From an uncultured Bacilli bacterium (lineage in GTDB: Bacteria; Bacillota_I; Bacilli_A; RF39; UBA660), in the NCBI GenBank assembly GCA_934130045.1, contig CAKOXI010000001.1, positions 14,900-78,899 of the forward strand: 64,000 nt of DNA, given 5' to 3'. Below are positions 1-9,175 of this stretch, in pieces (the first letter of the stretch is position 1; each line of letters begins with the position of its first letter). The position numbers and the translations under genes are program-made. The notes beneath the pieces were generated by a model, which did no database searches, was not told where the DNA came from, and was given only the letters and a program-made list of their open reading frames with translations.

Positions 1-13
1 ACATTGAGCGCCA
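1..13 (+). tRNA. Probable 3' end of an upstream tRNA, truncated by the window edge. It ends in GAGCGCCA, 6 nt before the next tRNA
   Basis: The sequence acattgagcgCCA ends in a CCA tail and lies directly upstream of tRNA-Asn, so a tRNA array is likely. The identity cannot be determined from 13 nt. Confidence 0.25.
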
Positions 14-19
14 CTTATT

Positions 20-95
20 GCCTGATTAGCTCAGTTGGTAGAGCATCCGGCTGTTAACCGGCAGGTCGTAGGTCCGAGTCCTACATCAGGCGCCA
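20..95 (+). tRNA. tRNA-Asn (anticodon GUU)
   Basis: A 76-nt cloverleaf is readable. The acceptor stem GCCTGAT pairs with ATCAGGC, followed by discriminator G and CCA. The anticodon stem CCGG/CCGG closes a loop CTGTTAA, giving anticodon GTT. The T-arm is GTAGG-TCCGAGT-CCTAC. Confidence 0.9.
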
Positions 96-159
96 TATTT
101 GTTATTTAAATTTCTGAATTTTGTTTTTCAGAAATTTTTTATTTAAAGGAGGATTTTTT

Positions 160-459
160 ATGAGTAGTAAATTTACTAAAGAAATGGTTGATGACTATGC
201 AGATAAATTGCTTATAGGCTTAACTGAGGAAGAAAATAAAATGGTATTAGATGAATTTGAAATCATTGATAAAAATATTGATATAATTAATGAAATACCA
301 AATATTGAAAATGTCGAACCAATGTCATGGTGTTTGGATGATTTTTCTTTTGAACTTAGAGAAGATGAGGTAGAAGAATCTGTACCAATTGAAGATTTAT
401 TACAAAATTGTGATGTTTATAATGATCGTGAAGTAGAAGTGCCAAGGGTGGTGGAATAA
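160..459 (+). CDS. gatC: Asp-tRNA(Asn)/Glu-tRNA(Gln) amidotransferase subunit C
   Basis: The ~99-aa product begins MSSKFTKEMVDDYADKLLIGLTEEE, typical of GatC. The RBS AAGGAGG at 145-151 favours ATG 160 over the upstream start of ORF 121. The gene lies immediately upstream of gatA/gatB. Confidence 0.85.
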   Translation: MSSKFTKEMVDDYADKLLIGLTEEENKMVLDEFEIIDKNIDIINEIPNIENVEPMSWCLDDFSFELREDEVEESVPIEDLLQNCDVYNDREVEVPRVVE

Positions 460-460
460 T

Positions 461-1918
461 ATGAGTTATATGGATAAAACAATAAAAGAAATTCATGAAG
501 CATTAATTAATGGTGATGTTACTAGTGATGAATTAGTTAAAGAATCTTTAGAAAAATCTCACTTAGTACAAGATGAGTGTAATGCTTTTGTTACAATTTT
601 AGATGATGCTAAAGGGTGTGGCGTAACAGAGAATTTATTATCTGGTATTCCATATGGTATTAAAGATAATTATAGTACAAAAGGAATTCTTAGTACTGGT
701 TCATCTAATACACTTAAAGATTATGTGCCTTTTTTTACAGCAACTGCTATTTCAAATCTAGAAGCGTCAGGAGCTGTTCCTGTTAATAAAACTGTACTTG
801 ATGAATTTGGTATGGGTGGAACTGGTACTACAGGGCATACTGGAGTTGTAAAAAATCCTTGGGATAATACTCGTATGTGTGCTGGATCTAGTGCGGGTAG
901 TGCTTGCGCTGTTGCGGCTGGAGTATATCCTTATGCAACTGGATCTGATACAGGGGACTCTATTAGAAAACCTGCTGCATATTGTGGAATTGTAGGTTAT
1001 AAACCAACTTATGGAATGATTTCCCGTTATGGACTTTTTCCATTTGCTAGTAGTCTAGACCACTGCGGGGTGTTATCTAGATCTGTAGAAGATGCAGCAA
1101 TTGTTGTAGATAATATGAAGGGAATCGATAAAAATGATATGACTAGTTGGGATTCAAGTAATATTCATTTATATGATTCTTTAAATTCTGATGTTAAAGG
1201 TAAAAAATTATGTTATGTTAAAGAAATTTGCAATATAGAAAATTATCCTAATGCAAGTAGTGAATTAAGAGAACATTTAGAAAATTTTAAGAAAACACTT
1301 GATAAATGTAAGAGTCTTGGTATGGAAATTGAAGAAGTTTCGATCGATAAAAAACTTCTTAATGCTGTAGCAAGTGTGTATGTAGTTATTTCTTGTGCGG
1401 AAGCAACAAGTAATATGTCAAATTTAACTGGTATTATTTTTGGACCACGTGGAGAGGGTAAAAATTATATTGAGATGATGAAAAATTATCGTACAGTAGG
1501 TTTTTCTCCACTTATTAAAAGAAGATTTGTAATTGGTTCTTATGTATTACAAGCTCAAAACAAAAATCGTTATTTCTTTAATGCACAACGTGTAAGAAGA
1601 TTATTAGTTGATGAATGGAAAAAATTATATGAAAAATATGATGCGGTTATTTTACCAGTTGGAAGCGGTCCTGCAAAACACTTGGATGGTTCACTAGATA
1701 TATTAGATGAAAATACTGCTGTTTTAGAGGAACATTTACAAATTGGAAATTTTGGTGGTTTTCCTTCAATTACTATTCCAAACGGTTTTGTAGATGGATT
1801 GCCTGTTGGTGTTAATATTACTGGTAATTGTTATGATGATATTAATGTTTTGAATATTGCTTATGCATTAGAAAATTCTATGGATTATAAAAATCAAATA
1901 GCAAAGAGGTGTAAATAA
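461..1918 (+). CDS. gatA: Asp-tRNA(Asn)/Glu-tRNA(Gln) amidotransferase subunit A (amidase family)
   Basis: The 485-aa product carries an amidase signature (GGSSAGSA.AVAAG, GSDTGDSIRKPAAYCGIVGYKPTYG). It is translationally coupled to gatC and gatB. Confidence 0.95.
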   Translation: MSYMDKTIKEIHEALINGDVTSDELVKESLEKSHLVQDECNAFVTILDDAKGCGVTENLLSGIPYGIKDNYSTKGILSTGSSNTLKDYVPFFTATAISNLEASGAVPVNKTVLDEFGMGGTGTTGHTGVVKNPWDNTRMCAGSSAGSACAVAAGVYPYATGSDTGDSIRKPAAYCGIVGYKPTYGMISRYGLFPFASSLDHCGVLSRSVEDAAIVVDNMKGIDKNDMTSWDSSNIHLYDSLNSDVKGKKLCYVKEICNIENYPNASSELREHLENFKKTLDKCKSLGMEIEEVSIDKKLLNAVASVYVVISCAEATSNMSNLTGIIFGPRGEGKNYIEMMKNYRTVGFSPLIKRRFVIGSYVLQAQNKNRYFFNAQRVRRLLVDEWKKLYEKYDAVILPVGSGPAKHLDGSLDILDENTAVLEEHLQIGNFGGFPSITIPNGFVDGLPVGVNITGNCYDDINVLNIAYALENSMDYKNQIAKRCK

Positions 1919-3378
1919 TGAATGGATATAAAGTTCTTATTGGACTAGAAATGCACTGTGAAATTAGTGAAACTAATACTAAAGTTTTCTCTGGAGCTAG
2001 AAATAGTTATAGTGATATTCCAAATAGTAATATTAGACCAGTTGATATGGCTTTTCCAGGAACACTTCCAGTTGTAAATAAAGAAGCTATTAAAAAAGCT
2101 TTAATGGCAAGTATTATTTTAAATTGTAAGCAACCTGAATATATTTATTTTGAAAGAAAAAATTATTATTATCCAGATTTACCAAAAGGTTTTCAAATTA
2201 CACAAGAAACAAAACCTGCACCTGTTGGAATTTATGGTGAACTTACTTATGAATGTGGTGATGAGTTAAAAACTGTAAGAATTAATAATATTCACCTTGA
2301 AGAAGATGCCGCAAGTACTGATCACTATGCTACTGTATCAACAATCGATTATAATAGAGCAGGAGTACCTTTACTTGAACTTGTTACTTATCCAGATTTT
2401 CGTTCTGCAAATGAAGCTGTGGCTTTCCTTGAAACAATGAGATCTATTTACCAATATGCTGGTATTAGTGAAGCTGATAGTAAAAAAGGTCAAATTAGAT
2501 GTGATGTTAACGTTTCTATTATGGATGAAAATTTAGATGAAACTAAAGAAGAAAATTGGGGAACTAAGGTTGAAATTAAAAATGTTAACTCATTTGGTGG
2601 AGTAAGGGACGCAATTAACTTTGAAATTGAAAGACAAATTGAATTAAAAGAGTCTGGTGAATATGATTCTATGGAACAACAAACAAGACGTTGGGATGAA
2701 GAATCTGGTACTACTATTTATATGCGTAGTAAAGTTGACGCAATTGATTATAAATATTTTATTGAACCAAATTTACCAAAATTTAAGTTATCTAAAGATT
2801 GGTTAGAGAGTATTAAAGCTTCTATACCATTACTTGCTCCAGAAAGAAAAGAAAAATATATTAATGAGTTTGGTTTAACTAATTATGATGCTAAAATATT
2901 AGTAAAAGAAAAAAATGTTGCTGATTATTTTGAAGAAACTATTAAATTAGGCGCAAATCCAAAATCTGCCTCAAACTGGATTACTAGTATAATATTAGGT
3001 TTCTTAAATAAAAATGAATTAAGTATCGATGAGTTATTTTTTACTCCAAAGATGTTAGTTGAATTAATTAAAATGGTTGAAGATGGTAAAATTTCTTCTA
3101 AACAAAGTAAAGAAGTATTTTATAAATCATTAGAAGACAAAAAAGAACCTAGTGTTATTGTTGAAGAATTAGGCATTAAACAAATTGGTGGAACTGAAGA
3201 AATATTAAATATTGTTACTGAGGTATTAAACGAACATCCAGAAAGTATTGATACATATAAACAAGGTAGAACTAATATTGTTGATTTCCTAGTTGGTCAG
3301 GTAATGAAGAAAACTAAAGGACAAGCTAATCCAGCAATGACAAGAGAAATGATGATTAGTGAAATTGAAAAGAGGTAA
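1918..3378 (+). CDS. gatB: Asp-tRNA(Asn)/Glu-tRNA(Gln) amidotransferase subunit B
   Basis: The 486-aa product has GatB motifs (VLIGLEMHCEI, NRAGVPLLELVT). Its ATG overlaps the gatA stop codon (TAATGA). Confidence 0.95.
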   Translation: MNGYKVLIGLEMHCEISETNTKVFSGARNSYSDIPNSNIRPVDMAFPGTLPVVNKEAIKKALMASIILNCKQPEYIYFERKNYYYPDLPKGFQITQETKPAPVGIYGELTYECGDELKTVRINNIHLEEDAASTDHYATVSTIDYNRAGVPLLELVTYPDFRSANEAVAFLETMRSIYQYAGISEADSKKGQIRCDVNVSIMDENLDETKEENWGTKVEIKNVNSFGGVRDAINFEIERQIELKESGEYDSMEQQTRRWDEESGTTIYMRSKVDAIDYKYFIEPNLPKFKLSKDWLESIKASIPLLAPERKEKYINEFGLTNYDAKILVKEKNVADYFEETIKLGANPKSASNWITSIILGFLNKNELSIDELFFTPKMLVELIKMVEDGKISSKQSKEVFYKSLEDKKEPSVIVEELGIKQIGGTEEILNIVTEVLNEHPESIDTYKQGRTNIVDFLVGQVMKKTKGQANPAMTREMMISEIEKR

Positions 3379-3380
3379 TT

Positions 3381-5129
3381 ATGAAAGAGAATATATACAG
3401 AAATTGTTACTGTGGTGATATTAATAATGATTCAATATGTAAGTCTGTTAAAATTGCTGGTTGGATTGAAAATATTAGAGACCACGGTGGAGTTATATTT
3501 TTAGATATTAGAGATGAACACGGTACTGTTCAAGTTGTAAGTAACGATAATTCTATATTTGAGGGATTAACTCGTGAATCAGCTATCACTTTAACTGGAA
3601 ATGTTAGAAAGCGTAATGAAGAAGATTATAATCCACGTATTGCTAGTGGAGAAGTTGAAGTAGTTGTTGATAATATTGAGGTTTTAGGTAAATGCAAAAA
3701 TGTTTTACCATTTGAAGTAATTACTTCACGTGAAGTAAATGAAGAAACAAGACTTAAATATCGTTATTTGGATTTAAGAAATAAAAAAGTACATGATAAT
3801 ATTATTTTTAGATCTAAAGTTATTAATTTTTTAAGAAATGAAATGGAAAGTATGAATTTTACTGAAATTCAAACACCTATTTTAACAGCTTCTTCTCCAG
3901 AAGGGGCTAGAGATTTTGTTGTTCCATCACGACTTTTTCATGGTAAATTTTATGCACTACCACAGGCACCACAAATTTTTAAACAATTATTAATGGTAAG
4001 TGGATTTGATAGATATTTTCAAGTAGCTCCTTGTTTTAGAGATGAAGATGCAAGAGCGGATAGAGTATATGGAGAATTTTATCAATTAGATTTAGAAATG
4101 GCTTTTGCTACTGAGGAAGATGTTTACTCAGTTGGTGAGAAAATTTTTAAAGATGTTTTCCATAAATTTAGTGATAAAAAAATATCTGAACCTCCTTTTA
4201 GAAGAATACCATTTCGCGAAGCAATGCTTAAATATGGAAGTGATAAACCAGATTTAAGAATTCCATTTGAAATAATTGATTTAAGTGATATTTTTGTTAA
4301 TTCTAGTTTTAAACCATTTAAAGGCGTTACTGTAAGAGGTATTATGGTTCCAGATTTAGCAAGTAAATCTAATAGTTGGTTTAATGAGGTAGTTGATTAT
4401 GCTAAAAGTATTGGTATGCCTGGTATTGGTTATATTACTGTAGAAGATGATATGTCTTTTAAAGGGCCAATCGATAAATTTTTAACAGATGAAGATAGAA
4501 ATAATTTAATTCAAAGGGCTTCATTAAATGTTGGTAGTGTATTATTCTTTATAGCTGATAGAAGTGAATTACAAGCAAGTAAACAAGCTGGTCAAATTCG
4601 TTTAGAATTAGGTCGTAGATTGGATTTATTAGATCCAAATAGATATGAATTTTGTATAATAAATGATTTCCCAATGTTTGAATTTGATGAAGAAGAGAGA
4701 AAATATGTATTTACTCATAATCCATTTAGTATGCCTCAAGGTGGAATGGATAGTTTATTAAATAAAGAACCTGGAGAAGTTTTAGCTTATCAATATGATT
4801 TTGTATGTAATGGTATTGAACTTGTTAGTGGAGCTGTTAGAAATCATGATATAGAAATTATGAAGAAAGCTTTTGAAATTGCTGGATATGATGAAGAAAC
4901 ATTAAAAGACAAATTTAAGTCATTATATACTGCATTTCAATATGGAGCACCTCCACATGCTGGTATGGCAATAGGTATTGACCGTATGTTAATGCTTCTT
5001 AAAGATGAAGTAAGTATTCGTGAAACTATAGCTTTCCCTATGACAGCAAGTGGTACTGATATGTTAATGGGTTCACCTACTGAAATAAGTGAAAAACAAT
5101 TAAGAGAAGTTCATATTAAAGTTAGATAA
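3381..5129 (+). CDS. aspS: Aspartyl-tRNA synthetase, bacterial type (probably non-discriminating given the context)
   Basis: The 582-aa product has class II aaRS motifs (FRDED, GGMAIGIDR-like GMAIGIDRMLML), an OB anticodon-binding N-terminus and a GAD insertion. Confidence 0.95.
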   Translation: MKENIYRNCYCGDINNDSICKSVKIAGWIENIRDHGGVIFLDIRDEHGTVQVVSNDNSIFEGLTRESAITLTGNVRKRNEEDYNPRIASGEVEVVVDNIEVLGKCKNVLPFEVITSREVNEETRLKYRYLDLRNKKVHDNIIFRSKVINFLRNEMESMNFTEIQTPILTASSPEGARDFVVPSRLFHGKFYALPQAPQIFKQLLMVSGFDRYFQVAPCFRDEDARADRVYGEFYQLDLEMAFATEEDVYSVGEKIFKDVFHKFSDKKISEPPFRRIPFREAMLKYGSDKPDLRIPFEIIDLSDIFVNSSFKPFKGVTVRGIMVPDLASKSNSWFNEVVDYAKSIGMPGIGYITVEDDMSFKGPIDKFLTDEDRNNLIQRASLNVGSVLFFIADRSELQASKQAGQIRLELGRRLDLLDPNRYEFCIINDFPMFEFDEEERKYVFTHNPFSMPQGGMDSLLNKEPGEVLAYQYDFVCNGIELVSGAVRNHDIEIMKKAFEIAGYDEETLKDKFKSLYTAFQYGAPPHAGMAIGIDRMLMLLKDEVSIRETIAFPMTASGTDMLMGSPTEISEKQLREVHIKVR

Positions 5130-5157
5130 AATGTAAATTAATTTTTACATTTTTTTG
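5129..5157 (+). terminator. Rho-independent terminator after aspS
   Basis: A hairpin aaatgtaaa-ttaatt-tttacattt is followed by a T-run. Confidence 0.5.
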
Positions 5158-5211
5158 TTTTATGTGCATAATTATTATGTTTCAAACCATTATAAAAAAA
5201 GGAGGGATAAT

Positions 5212-5757
5212 ATGAAAAAATTTTTTGTTTTAGTTTTTATGTCTATTTTAATTTTTACAGGATGTGGTGAAAAAATGAATAATACACCAACAAAACAAGT
5301 TGAAATGTTTTTTATGAATTATCAAACTTTAGATTCAAAAGTTATTAAAGATTTGAATGATACTGTTGCTAAGGATGATTCAATGAATGATAAACAAAAA
5401 GATAGATATAAGGAAATAATGAAAGAACATTATAAAAATTTAGCATATGATATTAAAGATGAAGAAATTAATGGTGATAGTGCTGTAGTTAAAGTTGAAA
5501 TAGAGGTAACAGATTATTCAAAAACAATTTTGCAAGTTAATAATTATTTGAAAACTAACCCAGAGGAATTTTTAGATGATGATAAAAAGTATGATAGTGA
5601 AAAATTTATTGATTATAAGTTGGATGAATTAGAAAAAGTTAAAGATAAAGTAAAATATACTTTAGAATTAAATTTGACTAAAATTGATGATAAATGGGAA
5701 CTTGATAAATTATCTAGTGATGATGAAGATAAAATATTAGGGATATTTGAATATTAA
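5212..5757 (+). CDS. Putative lipoprotein of unknown function
   Basis: The product starts MKKFFVLVFMSILIFTGCGEK, with a lipobox LIFTGC. The RBS GGAGGG lies 7 nt upstream. I moved the start from ORF 5155 to ATG 5212. Confidence 0.6.
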   Translation: MKKFFVLVFMSILIFTGCGEKMNNTPTKQVEMFFMNYQTLDSKVIKDLNDTVAKDDSMNDKQKDRYKEIMKEHYKNLAYDIKDEEINGDSAVVKVEIEVTDYSKTILQVNNYLKTNPEEFLDDDKKYDSEKFIDYKLDELEKVKDKVKYTLELNLTKIDDKWELDKLSSDDEDKILGIFEY

Positions 5758-5781
5758 AAATAGATTATTCTATTTTTTTTA

Positions 5782-5809
5782 TTGATTTTTTTAAATAAAA
5801 TGTTATAAT
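5782..5809 (+). promoter_or_regulatory. Sigma-A-type promoter with an extended -10
   Basis: The -35 TTGATT (5782-5787) and -10 TATAAT (5804-5809) are separated by a 16-nt spacer. A TG is present at -15/-14. Confidence 0.4.
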
Positions 5810-5833
5810 ATTCAGAAAAAAAGGGGAATATAT

Positions 5834-6751
5834 ATGAATAATAGCACAAATGATGATTTAAATTTAATTTTAAAGATGATGAATAAAAATTTAATCAATA
5901 ATATGGATAATCATTCAAAAGCATTAAAATGGGCAAGAAGTAATGATAAGTTTTCAAAAATATCACAATGTTATTTATTTAGTAATGAAAATTTACGAGC
6001 TTATTATCCAAAATTTGATATAAATAATAAAAATGTATTAACTGTTGTTGGGTCTGGTGATCAGGTATTGAGTGCAATATTATATGGTGCTAAAGAAGTT
6101 GATTCCTTTGATTCTAATAAATTTGCATATTATACGTTTATGTTAAAAAAATATGCAATAATGAATTTATCTTATAGTGAATTTAAACGTTTTTATTTTT
6201 TAAATGATAATTATAATAGATTAGAAGATTACAAAAAAATATCTAAAAATATGCATGAAGAAAATGTAAAATATATTTGGGATAATATTTTCTATGCATA
6301 TCCTGAAAATTTTCGTGATTGTTTTTTTGAGGCAAGTGTTCTATATCATTTAGTTGTTGAAAGAATTCCTTATATGGATTATGATAGTTTTTATAAATTA
6401 AAAAATCAATTACATGATGTAAATATTAATTTTATGAATATAGATATTTTAAAAATTGATAAGTTTGATAATCAATACTCATTTATTAATTTATCAAATA
6501 TTTTAAATTATTGTACTAATAAAGAAAAATTTTTAAAGTTAATTAATAATTTAAAAAGTAATAATTTAGATGATAATGGCTCAATTTTATTAAATTATTA
6601 TTGGACTTGTTATCATTTATTTCAAAATGATAAAATAAATGGTGAAATTTATAAAAAATTAGGAGTTACTAATATGAAAATTGATAATCTTGCTATCAAT
6701 GATTCAATTCAAAAAGGAAGTGCTATTATATATACAAAAAAATCCAAGTAA
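5834..6751 (+). CDS. Hypothetical protein, possibly a Rossmann/SAM-methyltransferase-like fold
   Basis: The 305-aa ORF has an RBS AAGGGGAA upstream. A VVGSGDQVLSAILYGAKEVDSFD stretch resembles a nucleotide-binding loop. No family is confidently recognised. Confidence 0.5.
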   Translation: MNNSTNDDLNLILKMMNKNLINNMDNHSKALKWARSNDKFSKISQCYLFSNENLRAYYPKFDINNKNVLTVVGSGDQVLSAILYGAKEVDSFDSNKFAYYTFMLKKYAIMNLSYSEFKRFYFLNDNYNRLEDYKKISKNMHEENVKYIWDNIFYAYPENFRDCFFEASVLYHLVVERIPYMDYDSFYKLKNQLHDVNINFMNIDILKIDKFDNQYSFINLSNILNYCTNKEKFLKLINNLKSNNLDDNGSILLNYYWTCYHLFQNDKINGEIYKKLGVTNMKIDNLAINDSIQKGSAIIYTKKSK

Positions 6752-6760
6752 TTTGGATTT

Positions 6761-7348
6761 TTATTTTGTTTCAATACTAGTCAAAATATAGTCATAATCT
6801 GAGTTATTGTATATTGTTCCACAGTATTTGCATTTTCCAGTATTATTAATATCCATATTTGCTCCACATGAAGGACATTTTCTAATAGCACCTTGTTCTT
6901 TGAAGTTTCTCCTTTTAGTAAATGTTAAGAAATTTTCTTTTTGAACTCTACTTGTATTGTTACCACTTATTAATTTTTTAGTGGTTTTATCAATAACATA
7001 GTCCATATATCTTGATGTTAATTTTACATTTATAATAAAATTTTCATCTGTTATTTCTACATTTTCAATTTCAGTTGATTTTACATTTAATTCATCAAAC
7101 ATTTGAATTTGATTATCTTGATTTAGTTTATTTAATCTTTTATTGAATTCATTATATATATCTTCACTAATAAAATGTTTAACTCTTTCTAGGTTATTCG
7201 TCATTAGTGATATATGTAACATAACAAAAATATTGTCAACTTTTGTTAAAAATTTACTTTCAGAAAAAGTATTATCTAATTTTATTAATTCATTTAACAT
7301 ATCATATTTCCCTTTCATATAGTAATTGTAATTTATTAATTTTGTCAT
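6761..7348 (-). CDS. Tim44-like (NTF2-fold) domain protein with a C-terminal CxxC...CxxC zinc ribbon; paralog 1 of 3
   Basis: The C-terminus reads CPSCGANM...CKYCG. The central region aligns with the two upstream paralogs. The real start may be ATG 7300 (MLNEL, AAGGGA upstream), which would remove the overlap with the 7302 gene. Confidence 0.6.
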   Translation of the reverse strand: MTKLINYNYYMKGKYDMLNELIKLDNTFSESKFLTKVDNIFVMLHISLMTNNLERVKHFISEDIYNEFNKRLNKLNQDNQIQMFDELNVKSTEIENVEITDENFIINVKLTSRYMDYVIDKTTKKLISGNNTSRVQKENFLTFTKRRNFKEQGAIRKCPSCGANMDINNTGKCKYCGTIYNNSDYDYILTSIETK

Positions 7349-7895
7349 TTAAAATTTCAACTTCATATGTTTGTAAAACTTTTTTATTAATATTACCTTT
7401 AATTATTTTAGTTTTATATACTATATAATCATAACATTCAATAATCATTCTTAAATTTATTATTTTTTCATTTTCGTTTGGATTTAAATTTGTAATATAT
7501 GAATTGACATATTTTATATTTTGGACAATATTTTTTTGATTCTTTTCTATTAATGTATTTATTTGTCTTTCATATAAATCATAAACATTATTTGTTGTAA
7601 TATTTTTAATTGTATTTAAATCTAAATTCATTTTTGCTATTTTTAATTCTTTTAATTTATCAAAGGCTTTTTCTTGAATTTCCTTTTTTTCTTCAATATT
7701 ATTGTAATCATGATTTTCTAATAAAGGATCATTTTTTTTGTTATTAATAATATAATTTTTCTTTTTCTTTTTTGCGTTTATTTTAGTGATAAATGTAGAT
7801 ATTACAATAACTAATACCATAACAATTAAAATAATATAATTATCGCTTATTATGTTTTTGATTATTAATAATTTATTTTCTATATTTTGATCCAT
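7302..7895 (-). CDS. Membrane-anchored Tim44-like domain protein; paralog 2 of 3 (no zinc ribbon)
   Basis: An N-terminal TM (IILIVMVLVIVISTFI) is followed by a KKKKK stretch and an NTF2-like region homologous to its neighbours (NIKYVNSYITN / DITYVNNYITN). Confidence 0.55.
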   Translation of the reverse strand: MDQNIENKLLIIKNIISDNYIILIVMVLVIVISTFITKINAKKKKKNYIINNKKNDPLLENHDYNNIEEKKEIQEKAFDKLKELKIAKMNLDLNTIKNITTNNVYDLYERQINTLIEKNQKNIVQNIKYVNSYITNLNPNENEKIINLRMIIECYDYIVYKTKIIKGNINKKVLQTYEVEILNDKINKLQLLYEREI

Positions 7896-7904
7896 TTAAT
7901 CATC

Positions 7905-8762
7905 CTAATTTTGTTTTAACATTTCCTTTTTAGTCATAATCCAATCTGTTTCATTATTTATAATTGTTGATTTACAATAATTACATACTCCACCTGAATT
8001 TATACTTAATTCAGCACCACAATTAGGACAATATTTTAAGTTTGTTTTGCCAATTTTTCTTGTAAAAGTTAATTTGTATGTATAATGTACTTTAATATTT
8101 TTATTACCACGTACTACATTATTTTTGTCATCTACTAAATAATCAAAACAAGATACTTTTAGAATTGTTTCTATTGTTTCAGTATCATTATCTACTATTA
8201 TATTTGTAATATAGTTATTAACATATGTTATATCTGACATAATATTTTTTTGTGATTTTACCTTTAATGTATCTAGTTGCATTGAATACATATTATAAAT
8301 TTCATCGCTTACTAAGTTTCTAATTGTATCAAGGTCAAAATTAGACCATGCCTCTTGTATTTTTTTATAATTGTCGAAAACTTCATTGTTGAATTTTTCA
8401 ATATCTAAATCACTTATATATTCATGTATTTCATCATCGGAAAGTTTTGAATAAGAATCTATTTCAGTTAATTGACCTTCCTTTTTTGAACAAATAATAG
8501 ATATAACAATAATAACTATTACTGTAATTACTATTATTGCAAGCATACCTGAACCACTTAAATCTCCATCTGGATCAGAACTGTCCCAACTGGAGCTATC
8601 CCAATCGGATGAACTACCCCAATCAGATGAACTACCCCAATCAGATGATCCTGAATCCCAACTAGAATCAAATCCGGAATCGGCTTTAATTAGTTTAGGA
8701 CTATAAAGTATCCCAACAAATATTAAAAGCATAGTTGATAAATATAATACAAATTTTTTCAT
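7905..8762 (-). CDS. Secreted/membrane Tim44-like domain protein with an N-terminal SSDWGS repeat region and a C-terminal zinc ribbon; paralog 3 of 3
   Basis: The product has a signal peptide and an S/D/W-rich low-complexity repeat, then a TM, a Tim44-like domain and CPNCG...CNYCK. Confidence 0.65.
   Translation of the reverse strand: MKKFVLYLSTMLLIFVGILYSPKLIKADSGFDSSWDSGSSDWGSSSDWGSSSDWDSSSWDSSDPDGDLSGSGMLAIIVITVIVIIVISIICSKKEGQLTEIDSYSKLSDDEIHEYISDLDIEKFNNEVFDNYKKIQEAWSNFDLDTIRNLVSDEIYNMYSMQLDTLKVKSQKNIMSDITYVNNYITNIIVDNDTETIETILKVSCFDYLVDDKNNVVRGNKNIKVHYTYKLTFTRKIGKTNLKYCPNCGAELSINSGGVCNYCKSTIINNETDWIMTKKEMLKQN
8601..8654. repeat. Three tandem 18-nt repeats (ccaatc[ga]gatgaactacc) inside a CDS, encoding the SSDWGS repeat
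   Basis: The repeat is directly visible in the sequence and is a candidate for slipped-strand length variation. Confidence 0.5.
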
Positions 8763-9175
8763 AATCGCACCTCTATCATATATATATATTTTAACACATC
8801 TTTTATATAAATAAATTATTTTTCATTACAATTTTATATAAATTAATAATTTTTATAAAATTTGTTTATTTTAAAGCAGGTTATTAATTAATTTTAAATA
8901 AATTTATAAAAGATATTTGTATAATGTTCAAATTATTATTTTGAAACTATACCTATATATATTTTATGATTATTTTATAAATAATTTAAAATATGTAAAT
9001 AATTGTTAAAACTTTAACTAACTAATTTGTTTTAAAAAAATTAATTGAATACTACCTAGAACGTGTAATAGAAAATAAAGTTATACAATTTCTTATGACT
9101 ATAGAACTTATATAAATTTTTAACTAAGTAGGACATATTTTGTCCTTTTTTTCATATATTTTTGTAGGTGATAAT

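Noticed and set aside
8581-8660. Tandem repeats as a possible CRISPR array
   Set aside because: They are 18-nt in-frame repeats without spacers inside a CDS, encoding SSDWGS. No CRISPR-like repeat-spacer architecture exists anywhere in the window.
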